From NCBI GenBank assembly GCA_030528565.1, contig JAUMYP010000002.1, forward strand, positions 56,854 through 120,853: 64,000 bases of DNA, given 5' to 3'. The position numbers and the translations under genes were made by a program. This document shows, one piece after another, positions 63,290-64,000 of the stretch (positions within the stretch are counted from its first letter, which is position 1; each line of letters opens with the position of its first letter). Under the pieces are notes generated by a model. That model was not told where the DNA came from. It did not search any database and was given only the letters and a program-made list of their open reading frames with translations. Source of the DNA: Pseudomonadota bacterium. GTDB lineage: Bacteria; Pseudomonadota; Gammaproteobacteria; Xanthomonadales; Xanthomonadaceae.

Positions 63290-64000
63290 TGAGCAAGGTA
63301 TTGATTGTTGCCGAACACCTGGATGGTCAACTGAATGCCGCCACCGGCAAATGCGTCAGCGCCGCCAAGGCACTGAACCCCGAAGCCATCGACATTGTGG
63401 TACTGGCGGCCGACCCGGCCTCTGTCGCCGCACAAGCTGCGCAAATTGAAGGCGTTACCCGCGTACTGAGCATTGCCAACCCGGCCAACCAGAACGCCAT
63501 CGCACAAGTGCTGGCGCCACAAGTGACCGAAGTAGCCAAGGGCTATAGCCATGTATTTGGCCCCAGCACCACCTTCGGCAAAGACCTGATGCCCTGTATC
63601 GCCGCCCTGCTGGGCGTGGCACAGGTTTCCGACCTGATGGCCGTGGACGGCCCCTACAGTTTCAAGCGCCCGATGTATGCCGGTAACGCCATCGTCAGCG
63701 TCGAAGCCCCGGCCGACCAGATTCTGGTCGCCACCGTGCGTAGCGCCTCCTGGCCTGCCGCCGCACAAGGCGGCAATGCTGCGGTTGAAACCGTCAGCGT
63801 GAATGCCGCCCTGCCCAGCCACACCCGCTTTGTAAAACTTGAAAGCGGCGCATCCGACCGCCCCGACCTGCAAAGCGCCCGCCGCGTGGTGTCTGGTGGC
63901 CGCGGTGTGGGCTCAGAAGAAAACTTCCGCGTCATCTACCAACTCGCCGACAAGCTCGGCGCCGGTGTCGGCGCCTCACGAGCCGCCGTTGACGCTGGCT
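63289..64000 (+). CDS. etfA: electron transfer flavoprotein subunit alpha (5' part; runs off window)
   Basis: MSKVLIVAEHLDGQLNAATGKCVSAA... The ATG overlaps the etfB stop (TAATG). Confidence 0.9.
   Translation, partial: MSKVLIVAEHLDGQLNAATGKCVSAAKALNPEAIDIVVLAADPASVAAQAAQIEGVTRVLSIANPANQNAIAQVLAPQVTEVAKGYSHVFGPSTTFGKDLMPCIAALLGVAQVSDLMAVDGPYSFKRPMYAGNAIVSVEAPADQILVATVRSASWPAAAQGGNAAVETVSVNAALPSHTRFVKLESGASDRPDLQSARRVVSGGRGVGSEENFRVIYQLADKLGAGVGASRAAVDAG

Noticed and set aside
1-64000. CRISPR arrays, integrases, transposases or prophage genes
   Set aside because: Scanned for regularly spaced direct repeats and for recombinase or transposase-like translations; none found. The AT-rich islet and the low-GC glycosyltransferase lack flanking mobility genes or obvious direct repeats.

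Overview
High-GC (~65%) betaproteobacterial (Neisseriales-like) chromosomal segment, mostly conserved housekeeping genes.

Left to right:
- 3' end of a met-type operon on the minus strand: alpha/beta hydrolase, trans-sulfuration PLP enzyme, homoserine-dehydrogenase-like start.
- M23 peptidase and prfC.
- A ~1.8 kb AT-rich islet (4.9-6.8 kb) between prfC and pyrF. It carries a split HExxH metallopeptidase-like gene whose two reading frames meet at a U-UUU-UUA slippery heptamer, followed by a translationally coupled lipoprotein gene. This is the most novel-looking element and a candidate effector/toxin-immunity module.
- pyrF, then pitA with an ICMT-family methyltransferase, then a NUDIX hydrolase.
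- A complete division/cell-wall (dcw) cluster on the minus strand: mraZ-rsmH-ftsL-ftsI-murE-murF-mraY-ftsW-murG-murC-ddl-ftsQ-ftsA-ftsZ. murD is conspicuously absent between mraY and ftsW. A G9 tract and three GTGGN repeats sit in the mraZ leader.
- RNase P RNA (rnpB), rsmI, lpoA-yraN, an orphan LytTR response regulator, an esterase.
- rpoD followed by a tRNA with anticodon CAU (ileX-like), then dtd.
- An lpxL-like acyltransferase overlapped by a ydbS/ydbT-like bPH_2 membrane-protein pair.
- rimI, pssA, proS, an H-NS-like gene, a ThrE-family exporter, a Mla/MCE-type ABC system, ETF-QO.
- A mosaic ~15 kb polysaccharide locus inserted between ETF-QO and etfBA: a WbsX-RgpF fusion, an ArsR/AhpD-like/DUF2892 module, scoAB, manC, cysD-cysNC (PAPS synthesis, translationally coupled to rmlD), rmlBACD, and a low-GC tandem-GT2 glycosyltransferase with an unknown N-terminal domain. 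Sulfate-activation genes inside the sugar-nucleotide operon suggest a sulfated rhamnose/mannose glycan.

Many long antisense ORFs in the supplied track are high-GC artefacts.
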